From Bacteroidales bacterium (GTDB lineage: Bacteria > Bacteroidota > Bacteroidia > Bacteroidales > PWNQ01): a stretch of 55,577 bases of DNA. How positions within the stretch are numbered: position 1 is the first letter of the stretch; every line of letters begins with the position of its first letter. The notes beneath the pieces are model-generated. The model ran no database searches, had not been told where the DNA came from, and saw only the letters and a program-made list of their open reading frames with translations. Where the stretch lies: positions 1-55,577 of the forward strand of contig JAIPAE010000003.1 of assembly GCA_021740245.1 (NCBI GenBank), read 5' to 3'. Positions 9,469-19,037 of this stretch are shown here, piece after piece. The translations under genes and the position numbers were made by a program.

Positions 9469-9495
9469 CTTAATACGCGTTTATTATATGTTCAA

Positions 9496-10050
9496 CTACT
9501 TACTTTTCTTAGGTGAAATCATCATGATCATTCGTTTACCTTCCATTTTAGGCATACTTTCCACTTTTCCATATTCTTCCAGTTCGTCGGCAAATTTAAG
9601 CAATTTGTATTTGCCCTGGTCTTTATAAATGATGGTACGCCCTTTAAAGAAAACTTCAGTTTTCACTTTGTTTCCATCCGAGAGGAATTTTTTTGCATGA
9701 TTCAGCTTAAAGTTAAAATCATGATCATCGGTATTTGGTCCCATCCGAATTTCTTTCACCTGGACTTTAGCTGTTTTTTGCTTTATTTCTTTTTCCTTTT
9801 TCTTTTTTTCGTAAAGGAATTTTTTGTAATCAATTACTTTGCAAACCGGAGGATTGGCTTTAGGTGAAATTTCCACCAAATCCAGTTCCTGATTATCTGC
9901 CATTTCAAGGGCTTCCTCGATGGGATATATCCCAACATCAACGTTATCCCCTACCACACGCACCATTTGTGCTTTGATCCTTTCATTAATGCGATAAGGT
10001 TCCTCAATTTTTCTCCGGTAACCTCCCTTTTTTGGTCTTCTTGGTGCTAT
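9496..10050 (-). CDS. infC: Translation initiation factor IF-3 with non-canonical ATA start
   Basis: The frame stays open 28 codons upstream of the track's ATG and encodes the conserved RINERI motif. ATA at 10050 is preceded by AGGAGGT at 6-nt spacing. Core motifs DLVEISP...PPVCK and KEIRMGP are present. Confidence 0.93.
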   Translation of the reverse strand: MAPRRPKKGGYRRKIEEPYRINERIKAQMVRVVGDNVDVGIYPIEEALEMADNQELDLVEISPKANPPVCKVIDYKKFLYEKKKKEKEIKQKTAKVQVKEIRMGPNTDDHDFNFKLNHAKKFLSDGNKVKTEVFFKGRTIIYKDQGKYKLLKFADELEEYGKVESMPKMEGKRMIMMISPKKSK

Positions 10051-10056
10051 AGTACT

Positions 10057-10063
10057 ACCTCCT
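10057..10063 (-). promoter_or_regulatory. Strong Shine-Dalgarno AGGAGGT for infC
   Basis: Plus-strand acctcct at 10057-10063, 6 nt from the ATA codon. Confidence 0.75.
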
Positions 10064-10071
10064 GTATTTTA

Positions 10072-12009
10072 TTAAACATTCAATTCGTTTTCAATTTTGT
10101 TTTTCATATCGTGGATAAATTCCTGAATTGGAATTGCTCCTATATCCCCTTCACCCTGTCGTCGTATAGAAACTGTTTTATTTTCGGCCTCTTTCTCTCC
10201 AATTATGAGCATATATGGGATTTTTTTTAACTCTGAATCCCTTATTTTGCGGCCAATTTTTTCATTTCTGCGATCAATTTGGGCACGAATATCGTAATTA
10301 TCCAGCAAAGATAAAACTTTTTCTGCATAATTATGATATTTTTCACTGATTGGCAATATCCTAACCTGATCCGGTGTAAGCCAAAGCGGAAATTTACCGG
10401 CCGTGTGCTCAATTAAAACAGCCACAAAACGCTCCATCGAGCCAAAAGGAGCACGATGGATCATAACCGGCCTGTGTTTTTCATTATCACTGCCTGTATA
10501 TTCAAGGTTAAAACGCTCCGGAAGGTTGTAATCTACCTGCACTGTTCCCAGTTGCCAGGAACGGCCGAGTGCATCTTTGACCATAAAGTCCAGCTTTGGT
10601 CCATAAAAAGCAGCTTCACCATATTCTACTATGTAATCTAAACCACTGTCTTCAACAATGTCTAAAATGGCGCTTTCAGCTTTATCCCAGTTTTCATCCG
10701 AGCCAATATATTTTTCATTATTTTCAGAATCACGTAAAGATACCTGAGCTACATAATCCTGAAAATTCAATGCTTTAAATATCTTCATGATGATATCTAT
10801 AACACCTTTAAACTCATTTTTTACTTGTTCAGGTGTGCAAAAGATATGAGCATCATCCTGTGTGAAACCGCGAACACGAGTCAAACCATGAAGTTCTCCA
10901 CTTTGTTCATAGCGATATACGGTTCCAAATTCAGCATATCGTACAGGCAAGTCACGAAAAGAAAACTGTTTTGCATTGTACATTTCACAATGATGCGGAC
11001 AATTCATGGGCTTAAGCATAAACTCCTCACCTTCGTTAGGAGTCTTAATTGTTTGAAACGAATCCTCTCCATATTTTTGAAAATGACCGGAAGTTTTATA
11101 TAAATTGACGTTCCCGATATGTGGTGAAATAACCTGCTCATAACCTGCTTTATGTTGGATTTTTTTCAAAAAACTCTCCAGGCGTTCACGCAAAGCGGCT
11201 CCTTTAGGCAGCCACAAAGGCAACCCAGACCCAACTTGTTGGGAAAAAGTAAATATCTCAAGCTCTTTTCCAATTTTCCGGTGATCACGCTTTTGCGCTT
11301 CTTCCAACATTTCCAGATATTCATCCAGTTGTTTTTTCTTTGGAAATGTTATGCCATAAATCCGCGTTAACTGCTTCCTGTTTTCATCACCTCGCCAGTA
11401 TGCACCTGCAATACTCAATAATTTGATTGCCTTAATCGGAGATGTGGATGGTATATGAGGCCCCCGGCATAAGTCCGTAAACTCTCCTGATTTGTAAAAT
11501 GTGATTGTACCATCCTCCAATTCATCTATAAGTTCTACCTTATATTCATCTCCTTTTTCTTTATAATATTCCAGAGCCTGCTTTTTCGGTACTTCTTCAC
11601 GAACAAATTCCTGCTTTTGTTTTGCAAGCTCTTTCATCTTTGACTCAATCTTTGGCAGATCATCCTTTGTAATATTATGATGTCCTGGATCAATATCGTA
11701 ATAAAAACCATGATCAATAGCAGGTCCTATACCAAATTTAACACCCGGATACAACAACTCAACAGCTTCTGCCATAAGATGAGCCGAAGAGTGCCACATG
11801 GCTTCTTTTCCCTCTTTATCTTCCCAGGTAAGTAATTTTAATTCTGCATCTTTATTAATGGGTTGTATTGCATCATTAACCTCTCCGTTTACTTTTGCTG
11901 CAAGTACATTCCTGGCAAGTCCTTCACTTATATCCCTCGCTACATCCATTGCTGTAGTCCCCTTAGGCACCTCCTTTGTACTATTATCAGGTAATCTTAT
12001 TGTTATCAT
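10072..12009 (-). CDS. thrS: Threonine--tRNA ligase
   Basis: TGS domain, [41 protein letters not shown] and [11 protein letters not shown]. Start trimmed to MITIRL because the longer ORF overlaps the promoter. Confidence 0.98.
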   Translation of the reverse strand: MITIRLPDNSTKEVPKGTTAMDVARDISEGLARNVLAAKVNGEVNDAIQPINKDAELKLLTWEDKEGKEAMWHSSAHLMAEAVELLYPGVKFGIGPAIDHGFYYDIDPGHHNITKDDLPKIESKMKELAKQKQEFVREEVPKKQALEYYKEKGDEYKVELIDELEDGTITFYKSGEFTDLCRGPHIPSTSPIKAIKLLSIAGAYWRGDENRKQLTRIYGITFPKKKQLDEYLEMLEEAQKRDHRKIGKELEIFTFSQQVGSGLPLWLPKGAALRERLESFLKKIQHKAGYEQVISPHIGNVNLYKTSGHFQKYGEDSFQTIKTPNEGEEFMLKPMNCPHHCEMYNAKQFSFRDLPVRYAEFGTVYRYEQSGELHGLTRVRGFTQDDAHIFCTPEQVKNEFKGVIDIIMKIFKALNFQDYVAQVSLRDSENNEKYIGSDENWDKAESAILDIVEDSGLDYIVEYGEAAFYGPKLDFMVKDALGRSWQLGTVQVDYNLPERFNLEYTGSDNEKHRPVMIHRAPFGSMERFVAVLIEHTAGKFPLWLTPDQVRILPISEKYHNYAEKVLSLLDNYDIRAQIDRRNEKIGRKIRDSELKKIPYMLIIGEKEAENKTVSIRRQGEGDIGAIPIQEFIHDMKNKIENELNV

Positions 12010-12041
12010 TGTCTTATTTTCAATATTTCTAAAACGGTTTG

Positions 12042-12071
12042 CAAAGATATAAAAATGCAATGAAGTTCAAA
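12042..12071 (-). promoter_or_regulatory. Bacteroidota promoter for thrS operon (-33 TTTG / -7 TATCTTTG)
   Basis: TATCTTTG at 12049-12042 and TTTG at 12071-12068, with an 18-nt spacer. Confidence 0.6.
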
Positions 12072-12442
12072 TGTTTCTTTATTGATTTTCACAACTTCAT
12101 ACAACAAATAATGAAGGTGCTTGTTGAATTACAATCACTTTTAACATGATCTTAAACTAATTTATTTTCAGTAGATATATGCTTTAATGGTTGTAACCAG
12201 AGTGATTCCTGTTTTAATTTTTTTTTGATAACGGGATGAAACCTATTTTTTTGATCTATCATGAAAATATTACCAGATATTTTTCTCTTTCCATGTTCTA
12301 TAAATTTTAAAATAGAAGGAAGGCATATTAGTCACCTGTAATCTAGGCATTACAGAATGTTGCTTCTACCATGCAATGAAAAACGGTAAAACAGGGAATC
12401 TAATAGCAGCATTATGAGATGGAATCTACCCTCAACGCTTTA

Positions 12443-13816
12443 TCAATGAATAATGATTTTTTGTTGAGCCTGAGCTTTCTCACTAAATAATTTCAAAATA
12501 TAAATACCTTTATTCATTCCTTTTATATTTAAGATAACTTTACGGTTGATAATATCACTCATGACCAGACGATTTGTCATATCATAGAGTTCATAGCGCT
12601 GATACCAATTTTCTTCATCATGAATAACCAGATTCTCATACGCAGGATTTGGGTATATGCTAACTTCTTTTCTAATTTTTTTAGGTTTACCGGTAGTTCC
12701 CCAGTTTTGGAGCCATATCACTCTATCCCCAAAAAATTCCGTCAATACAATATCATTGTCTCCGTCTCCATCCATATCAGCAGAACTAACAGCACCCGGT
12801 GCATAAAAATTCGTATCAATGACCTGCTGATTTCCAAACTGACCATTACCTAAATTTTTATACCATGCTAATTTATTATCTTGGTTGGACGTCGATAATA
12901 TATCCGGTAGATTATCACCATTCAGATCAGCAGCATAAACCGAATTGGCGCCATCAGCATTTGTGGTTATTACCTTATCTCCGGAGAAATTTCCATACCC
13001 ATCATTTTCGAACCAGGCAATTTTATCATCATGAGTTGAAGCAGTTAAAATATCATAATCTCCATCATTATCCACATCCTGAACTTCCAGGTCATAAATC
13101 CAGTCCAGGTTTTGACTTAAAATATTTTCCGATCCAAAGTTTCCGGTGCCATCATTTTCAAACCAGGACAATTTATCTAGCTTAAAAGAAGCGGCAACAA
13201 CATCCATATCATTATCACCATCAAGATCTGCGGCATGAACATTACTAACTGCCTCATAAGGTTTCTTTATGACATGAGCAGTATCAAAATTTCCATTACC
13301 GTCGTTGGAATACCAGTGGAGTATATCATCATTAGTGGGCGATGCAAGTATATCCACATCTCCATCACCATCAATATCTGCAGGATACTCAAAATTAGAT
13401 GTAACATCGGTATCGGATACTACATGCTGAATCCATGTTCCTTCAAAACGTTCATACCATGCGACTAAATTGCTTGGCACTCCTGATGCTGTTACATCAA
13501 GGTATCCATCCCCATTAATATCTGCAGTATGTATTGATCCTGCTCCGGGTACGGAATCATATATCATGATTGGTGTGCTGAAATTTCCATTTCCATAATT
13601 TTGAAACCACACAAGGTAATGACCATTAAAGGATGGAACAAATACATCAATTTGTCCATCATCATTAAAATCAACCAGATGAAGCTCACCCGGATAATCA
13701 ATCGAATCGTTGATCACCAAAGGCGAACTAAATCCAATTTGTGCAAAACCAGAGTCAGATAATAAAATAAAACTTAAAAAAAACCACACTGAACGGAGCA
13801 AAATCTTTGTTAACAT
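12443..13816 (-). CDS. FG-GAP/VCBS repeat protein (7 repeats) with T9SS type A C-terminal sorting domain
   Basis: Signal peptide ending GFA-Q; seven DxDxDGxxD motifs; C-terminus IYPNPA...KGIYILKL...KIIIH. Confidence 0.88.
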   Translation of the reverse strand: MLTKILLRSVWFFLSFILLSDSGFAQIGFSSPLVINDSIDYPGELHLVDFNDDGQIDVFVPSFNGHYLVWFQNYGNGNFSTPIMIYDSVPGAGSIHTADINGDGYLDVTASGVPSNLVAWYERFEGTWIQHVVSDTDVTSNFEYPADIDGDGDVDILASPTNDDILHWYSNDGNGNFDTAHVIKKPYEAVSNVHAADLDGDNDMDVVAASFKLDKLSWFENDGTGNFGSENILSQNLDWIYDLEVQDVDNDGDYDILTASTHDDKIAWFENDGYGNFSGDKVITTNADGANSVYAADLNGDNLPDILSTSNQDNKLAWYKNLGNGQFGNQQVIDTNFYAPGAVSSADMDGDGDNDIVLTEFFGDRVIWLQNWGTTGKPKKIRKEVSIYPNPAYENLVIHDEENWYQRYELYDMTNRLVMSDIINRKVILNIKGMNKGIYILKLFSEKAQAQQKIIIH

Positions 13817-13944
13817 AAATATTTGGATTTAGTTTCATTTTTTGACGAAAAAATAAGCCCAACGTTTAACATAAATAAAAATCTATATGTTAATATATTG
13901 AAATCTACACTATTTAACCTTGCAGTGAGAATTAAAGAAAATGA

Positions 13945-14319
13945 CTATTCTATCTTAAACTCCGGATTATATATCAGTCCGATGATATTTCCCCATGGAT
14001 CTTTTACAGAAGCTACTTTCAACTCTCCGCCTACTCCGGTTGGTGGTTCATGATCTGTCGCACCCAATTCGCGAAGACGCTCAAATTCTTTTTCAATATC
14101 ATCAACACCCCAGTATGTTAAAACACTTTCAGCTTTTTCCTTTACATCTAATTCTTCCGGTTGAAGTCCCAATTCATAACCACCAACATTAAATCCGATG
14201 TAAAACGGTTCATCAAAATAAGGCTCTGTTTCAAATACACGGGTATACCATTTTTTTGCCTCCTGCATATCAGCAACCTTATAAATACAGGTTCGCAACC
14301 CTTTGATCCCTTTTTTCAT
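13945..14319 (-). CDS. VOC/glyoxalase family protein
   Basis: YKVADMQEAKKWY, YWGVDDIE and DPWGNIIGL. Start trimmed to MKKGIKG, 4 bp after the macrodomain stop. Confidence 0.85.
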   Translation of the reverse strand: MKKGIKGLRTCIYKVADMQEAKKWYTRVFETEPYFDEPFYIGFNVGGYELGLQPEELDVKEKAESVLTYWGVDDIEKEFERLRELGATDHEPPTGVGGELKVASVKDPWGNIIGLIYNPEFKIE

Positions 14320-14323
14320 ATTA

Positions 14324-14824
14324 TCACAACTTTTGGTTATAGATGTTAAAATTATCATCATCAAAACAGACAAAATAAACTTTACGGGGAAACTCATTAT
14401 CTTGCTGAAAATCACGTACGGTTTTTATTGCAATATCGGCAGCCAGTTCACGGGGAAAATGATAAACACCTGTACTAATATTAGGAAAAGCTATGGTTTC
14501 AAATTCATTCATTGCTGCCAGCTTTAAACTGTTACGGTATGCTTTTTCTAATAACTCTTCTTCATTGTTATTTCCTCCATTCCAGACGGGCCCCACCGTG
14601 TGGATCACATAGCTTGCCGGGAGGTCATATCCTTTGGTTAGTTTTGCTTGACCAGTTTCAGCTCCGCCCAGGGTTTCACATTCTTTTTTCAGATACGGAC
14701 CCGCAGCCCGGTGAATGGCGCCATCAACACCGCCACCTCCCAATAGTGATTTATTAGCAGCGTTGACTATGGCATCAACCTCCAGTTTGGTGATATCTTC
14801 ACGGATAAGTTCAATTTTATTCAT
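14324..14824 (-). CDS. Macrodomain O-acetyl-ADP-ribose deacetylase (YmdB/MacroD type)
   Basis: [31 protein letters not shown] and [13 protein letters not shown]. Confidence 0.93.
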   Translation of the reverse strand: MNKIELIREDITKLEVDAIVNAANKSLLGGGGVDGAIHRAAGPYLKKECETLGGAETGQAKLTKGYDLPASYVIHTVGPVWNGGNNNEEELLEKAYRNSLKLAAMNEFETIAFPNISTGVYHFPRELAADIAIKTVRDFQQDNEFPRKVYFVCFDDDNFNIYNQKL

Positions 14825-14985
14825 AGCATATGGATTTTCCAGAATTAAATGAATCTGCTAAGTTAACAACTGAAATCGGATAACACAAACGAAGCCAGGT
14901 TGCAAATTATGCATCTCTCTTCAATTAATACGGGTTTATTGATTAAATCTTAACTTTTAGCAGTAATCATACATCATATATTAGC

Positions 14986-17475
14986 TCATTCTTGTTTTAC
15001 CACTTTTCTGACGTGGGTATTACCAGCATCTTCAATGATCAGGAAATAAACACCCACAGGAAGTTTTGAAATACTGAGCTGATGTCTTTTTTGATCAATA
15101 TTCTCCATCTTCAAAATTTGAGTTCCGTCAATTGCGATAATTCTCAGGTTTTTCACAGGTATAGATGATTCCACATGGACAATATCTGTAGCCGGATTGG
15201 GGAATACTTCAATATTGTTTTTTCTGGCTTTGCTAATCCCCACATTATTTAAATTCTCATTCCAGATAATTTTATCGTTTCCAATACCCATAGCCAGGAT
15301 ATCATTAACATCATCACCAGTCAGATCAGTAACTATAATCTCCCACGGAATACGAAGTTCACCATGAACGGGTTTGGGATTACTAAAATTATTTTGTCCC
15401 AGATTTTTAATCCAAAAAATGCCATAATTATCCATTGAACCAAAAACAATATCCATGTCACCATCAACATCATAATCGATAGCACGCAAAGGCCATGACC
15501 AACCTGTTTGATCTGTTAACTCAACACGTGAGGCATAGTTGCCATTTCCGGTATTTTCATAGTAAAATATTTTATCATAATTCGGGAATTGTGAATTATA
15601 CACTATACCAATGATATCTAAATCACCATCTAAATCAAAATCAACCAAATCTAAATCCAGAACATCATAAAGATTATTATCAATATCTTTTTTGACAAAA
15701 CTATTACCCAGTGCATCGGCATTTTCATACCAATACGGAATTGTTGCTCCCTGCACGGGCAAAATATCGACATCCCCGTCTCCATCTATGTCACCAGTGA
15801 GAATATTTTCAACAGATGAAATATTATGTGTTATTTCAAAGCGGTTTCCAAAAGTTCCCTGCCCATCCAGATTTTCAAACCACCCCAGGAATTGCCATTC
15901 AGATGCAACAACCAAATCCTGATCTTCATCTCCATCCATATCACATGCTGTAACTTCATGCGCTTCATTCACAAAATTACTCACCACTTGTTCTGTTCCG
16001 AAACTTCCCTGACCATCCAGATTTTCAAACCAGGCAATTTTCTGATCACCAGAAGCAGCAATGATCACATCATTATCTCCATCACCGTCAATATCGGTTG
16101 CAGATACAGCTTTTGCTGAAGAGGCACTGTCGGTAATCAGATGATATGATCCAAATCCATTACCGGTTTGGGTGTTTTTGTACCAGCCAATTTTATTATC
16201 TTTTGAAGATGCCACAAGAACATCATTCAGCCCATCGCCATCAATATCGGAAGCATAAATACACTCAATGCCAGCAAAATCTGATTCACAAAGGTTTTGT
16301 TGCAGTGAAAAACTGCCTGTACCATCATTTTTATACCAGGATATTCTGTTATGATTCGAAGCATTGGAAACCAAATCCGGATCATTATCTCCGTCAATAT
16401 CAGCAACAATCAAATCAATAGCCCCCAGATCGTTATTTGATATTATGCTGCCAAATTCAAATGTTCCGTATCCATTGATGTTTTCATACCAGGCAACTTC
16501 GCCATTCGGGTTTGTATTATAGGCCAAATCGATGTCTCCATCACCATCAAAGTCAGCCGGATATATTTTATAAACATCGTTTGTGGAATCAGAAATAACA
16601 TGTTTCGTGGGGAAAGATAGTTGTCCGTTGGTATTTTCAAGCCAGCCCAGTTCTGAGTCACCCTGATTGGAGTAAACAATATCTATATTCCCATCTCCGT
16701 TTACATCAGCAGGCCAGGCATCCCGGAAATAGTTCTGAGAACCTGTTACAGCTACCGGGTCTTCATACGGACTTAAATTCATAGTATTTGGCCCAAGCGT
16801 ATCATACTCCAGTGTAGCAATACTTGTTCCTCCCTGCCAGGAGGGAATATTAGTTAAAATATCAGGGTCGTTATCATTATCAAAGTCGGCAAATCTCAAA
16901 AACATCGGAGAAGAAAAAAACATTGAGATTTCATCCATGAAATAAAAAGTATTACCCGTACCTCCAATGTATTCAACCCATACAACAGAACCACTGGTAT
17001 TCAATACGTCCACATTTGTATTAAAATTGATATCTGTGGTCACAATCTGATTTGCATATCCCCCATAACAAACAAGCCTGGGGTTGGAAAATGTTCCTGA
17101 TCCGTTTACATTCTCATACCAATAGATACCTGCATCAAGACTGGTTTTGGCAACCAACAGGTCCACATCTCCATCACCATCAACATCTGCAGCTTTAACA
17201 CGTCTTCCGCTCTGTATCGAATCACTAATTAACACAGATGAAGAAAATGTACCATAACCATCCGTATTTTCAAACCAAACCAACTTTTGATCGTTGGAAG
17301 AAATACTCACAACATCCAGATCATTATCGCCATCCAAATCGGCTACATCTATTGATTGTATTCCAGTCACTTCAGATTCTGCTATGATCTTTTGATTTCC
17401 AAAATAATTTTGCGAAGAAATACTGCATGCGATAAACAAGCTTAGTACAAGAATAAAATAATTTTTCATGATCAT
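14986..17475 (-). CDS. FG-GAP/VCBS repeat protein (14 repeats) with T9SS type A C-terminal sorting domain
   Basis: Signal peptide; fourteen DxDxDGxxD-type motifs (one degenerate); C-terminus VFPNPATD...LPVGVYFL...RKVVKQ. Confidence 0.88.
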   Translation of the reverse strand: MIMKNYFILVLSLFIACSISSQNYFGNQKIIAESEVTGIQSIDVADLDGDNDLDVVSISSNDQKLVWFENTDGYGTFSSSVLISDSIQSGRRVKAADVDGDGDVDLLVAKTSLDAGIYWYENVNGSGTFSNPRLVCYGGYANQIVTTDINFNTNVDVLNTSGSVVWVEYIGGTGNTFYFMDEISMFFSSPMFLRFADFDNDNDPDILTNIPSWQGGTSIATLEYDTLGPNTMNLSPYEDPVAVTGSQNYFRDAWPADVNGDGNIDIVYSNQGDSELGWLENTNGQLSFPTKHVISDSTNDVYKIYPADFDGDGDIDLAYNTNPNGEVAWYENINGYGTFEFGSIISNNDLGAIDLIVADIDGDNDPDLVSNASNHNRISWYKNDGTGSFSLQQNLCESDFAGIECIYASDIDGDGLNDVLVASSKDNKIGWYKNTQTGNGFGSYHLITDSASSAKAVSATDIDGDGDNDVIIAASGDQKIAWFENLDGQGSFGTEQVVSNFVNEAHEVTACDMDGDEDQDLVVASEWQFLGWFENLDGQGTFGNRFEITHNISSVENILTGDIDGDGDVDILPVQGATIPYWYENADALGNSFVKKDIDNNLYDVLDLDLVDFDLDGDLDIIGIVYNSQFPNYDKIFYYENTGNGNYASRVELTDQTGWSWPLRAIDYDVDGDMDIVFGSMDNYGIFWIKNLGQNNFSNPKPVHGELRIPWEIIVTDLTGDDVNDILAMGIGNDKIIWNENLNNVGISKARKNNIEVFPNPATDIVHVESSIPVKNLRIIAIDGTQILKMENIDQKRHQLSISKLPVGVYFLIIEDAGNTHVRKVVKQE

Positions 17476-17500
17476 ACATTTATATTATAATTCACATTCT

Positions 17501-17508
17501 CAAATATA
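17501..17508 (-). promoter_or_regulatory. -7 element (TATATTTG) for the long FG-GAP gene
   Basis: TAnnTTTG match 25 bp upstream of the start, in a very AT-rich spacer, so a chance match is possible. Confidence 0.4.
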
Positions 17509-17586
17509 TTAAATATTTATTAATATTCAAAGCAATCAATATAAATTATAATAATCAATCTATCCGTATTACGAAGATAAAATTAT

Positions 17587-19011
17587 TTATTCATCGTAGG
17601 GTCTGTCCACTATAAGTTGCGTATTGTGATAGCTGACCACTTCCACCTCTTCACCTTTTTCAATATATCCGGTTTCGGCTGTTGCATCATAAATTTCCTC
17701 ATCAATTTCAATTTTACCTGAAGGTCGCAAAACCGTGTATGCTATACCGTGATGACCGACCATACTTTTCATAGTAGCATCAGCGCTTGTATAGCCGGTA
17801 TCAGCCGTCAGTTCATCCTGCAAAGCCAGATTCTTAAAAAATTTATTGGAACTTCCGGCAAATAATCTCATGCTTAAATAATATGATCCCACCAATGCAA
17901 AGAAAGAAGCAATAATAACGGTAAGAAAAGCTCTGACAAGACCTTCCAGCTGAATGCCTGTAAAGTCAAAAGCCACATTATCTACCATACTTAATGTGAG
18001 GCCGGCAACAAGCAAAATGAGCCCACTAATACCGGCAACCCCAAAGCCCGGAATAGCAAATATTTCGACAGCTAATAGCGCCAATCCCCCCACAAACAAA
18101 AGGATTTCCCAGTTTTCAGCCAGACCTTCAAGATATAATGGAGCAAAATAAAGAATAGCAGCCACAACGGATGTTATTAAAGCAAACCCTATTCCGGGTG
18201 ATTGCAATTCAAAATAAATACCGCCAATAATCAAAAGGATTAGAATCCCATTAACAAAAGGACTGATCAGGAAACCAATAATCTTGTCAACGGCATCAGC
18301 TTCATATGTAGCTTTTTTATAATTCTTTAAACCATATGCTTGAATTACTTCGTCAACCGTTTCATACATTCCTTCACAAAAACCATTTTCCAACGCTTCG
18401 GAAGCAGTGAATGTAAGCACTTTACCGGAATCGCTGATTCCTTTCACGTACACATCGGGGTCTACCATAGCCTCTGCAATGTCCGGGTCTCGACCCTTGG
18501 ATTCTGCTGTGGAACGCATTGTTGAACGCATATACGATTGATATTTATCGGGAGCTGCCTCCTGATTTTGGTTTACAACGGTACTGGCACCGATGTTGCT
18601 CCCTTTACGCATGTAGATACTGTCGCAGGCTATGGAAATCAAGGCACCAGCTGAAGCTGCATTATTGTCAATGAACACAACTACAGGAATTTTACTATTT
18701 AATATCCTGGTACGCATGGAATCTGCCGTTTTAACCATGCCACCATACGTATTCATATGCAATAAAATAAGGTCAGCATTTTGTTCCCGGGCATCTTTAA
18801 AGCTTTTTTGCATCATTCGCCATACAGGTGGTGCAATTTCCTCTTTTACATCTATCACATATACCAGCTTTTGAGCTCCTTTACCGGAGACTGCTGTATC
18901 ACTTTTATTAACCGGATTTTCAATAGTTGTATCCAGCTGATCTTCGACATCCTGTGCGTTTGATGCCAAAAACACAGGTAGCACCATCAGGATCAGTATA
19001 ATTTTTTTCAT
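17587..19011 (-). CDS. Long NfeD (NfeD1b/YqeZ-like): ClpP-class protease domain, TM domain, OB fold
   Basis: MNTYGG, AASAGALI, ELQSPGIG, EIFAIPGFGVAG and LRPSGK motifs; signal peptide. Confidence 0.9.
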   Translation of the reverse strand: MKKIILILMVLPVFLASNAQDVEDQLDTTIENPVNKSDTAVSGKGAQKLVYVIDVKEEIAPPVWRMMQKSFKDAREQNADLILLHMNTYGGMVKTADSMRTRILNSKIPVVVFIDNNAASAGALISIACDSIYMRKGSNIGASTVVNQNQEAAPDKYQSYMRSTMRSTAESKGRDPDIAEAMVDPDVYVKGISDSGKVLTFTASEALENGFCEGMYETVDEVIQAYGLKNYKKATYEADAVDKIIGFLISPFVNGILILLIIGGIYFELQSPGIGFALITSVVAAILYFAPLYLEGLAENWEILLFVGGLALLAVEIFAIPGFGVAGISGLILLVAGLTLSMVDNVAFDFTGIQLEGLVRAFLTVIIASFFALVGSYYLSMRLFAGSSNKFFKNLALQDELTADTGYTSADATMKSMVGHHGIAYTVLRPSGKIEIDEEIYDATAETGYIEKGEEVEVVSYHNTQLIVDRPYDE

Positions 19012-19037
19012 TCGTAAATTAGTTTATTAACAAGCTT

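Noticed and set aside
12061-12442. 380-bp spacer upstream of thrS as a possible T-box or ncRNA (small CTGTAAT/ATTACAG hairpin near 12336-12355)
   Set aside because: The likely thrS promoter lies only about 30 bp from the start, leaving no long leader; no T-box consensus is visible and the hairpin is weak.
14320-14415. Apparent lipoprotein signal (…ITKSC) on the VOC ORF
   Set aside because: It overlaps the macrodomain CDS in another frame; VOC proteins are cytoplasmic and the ATG at 14319 follows the upstream stop by 4 bp.
12443-17475. Recurrent ccatcaccatc/atctccatc DNA motifs suggesting a repeat array or CRISPR
   Set aside because: They are codons of the DGDGD protein repeats; no identical 25-45 bp repeats with unique spacers and no cas genes.
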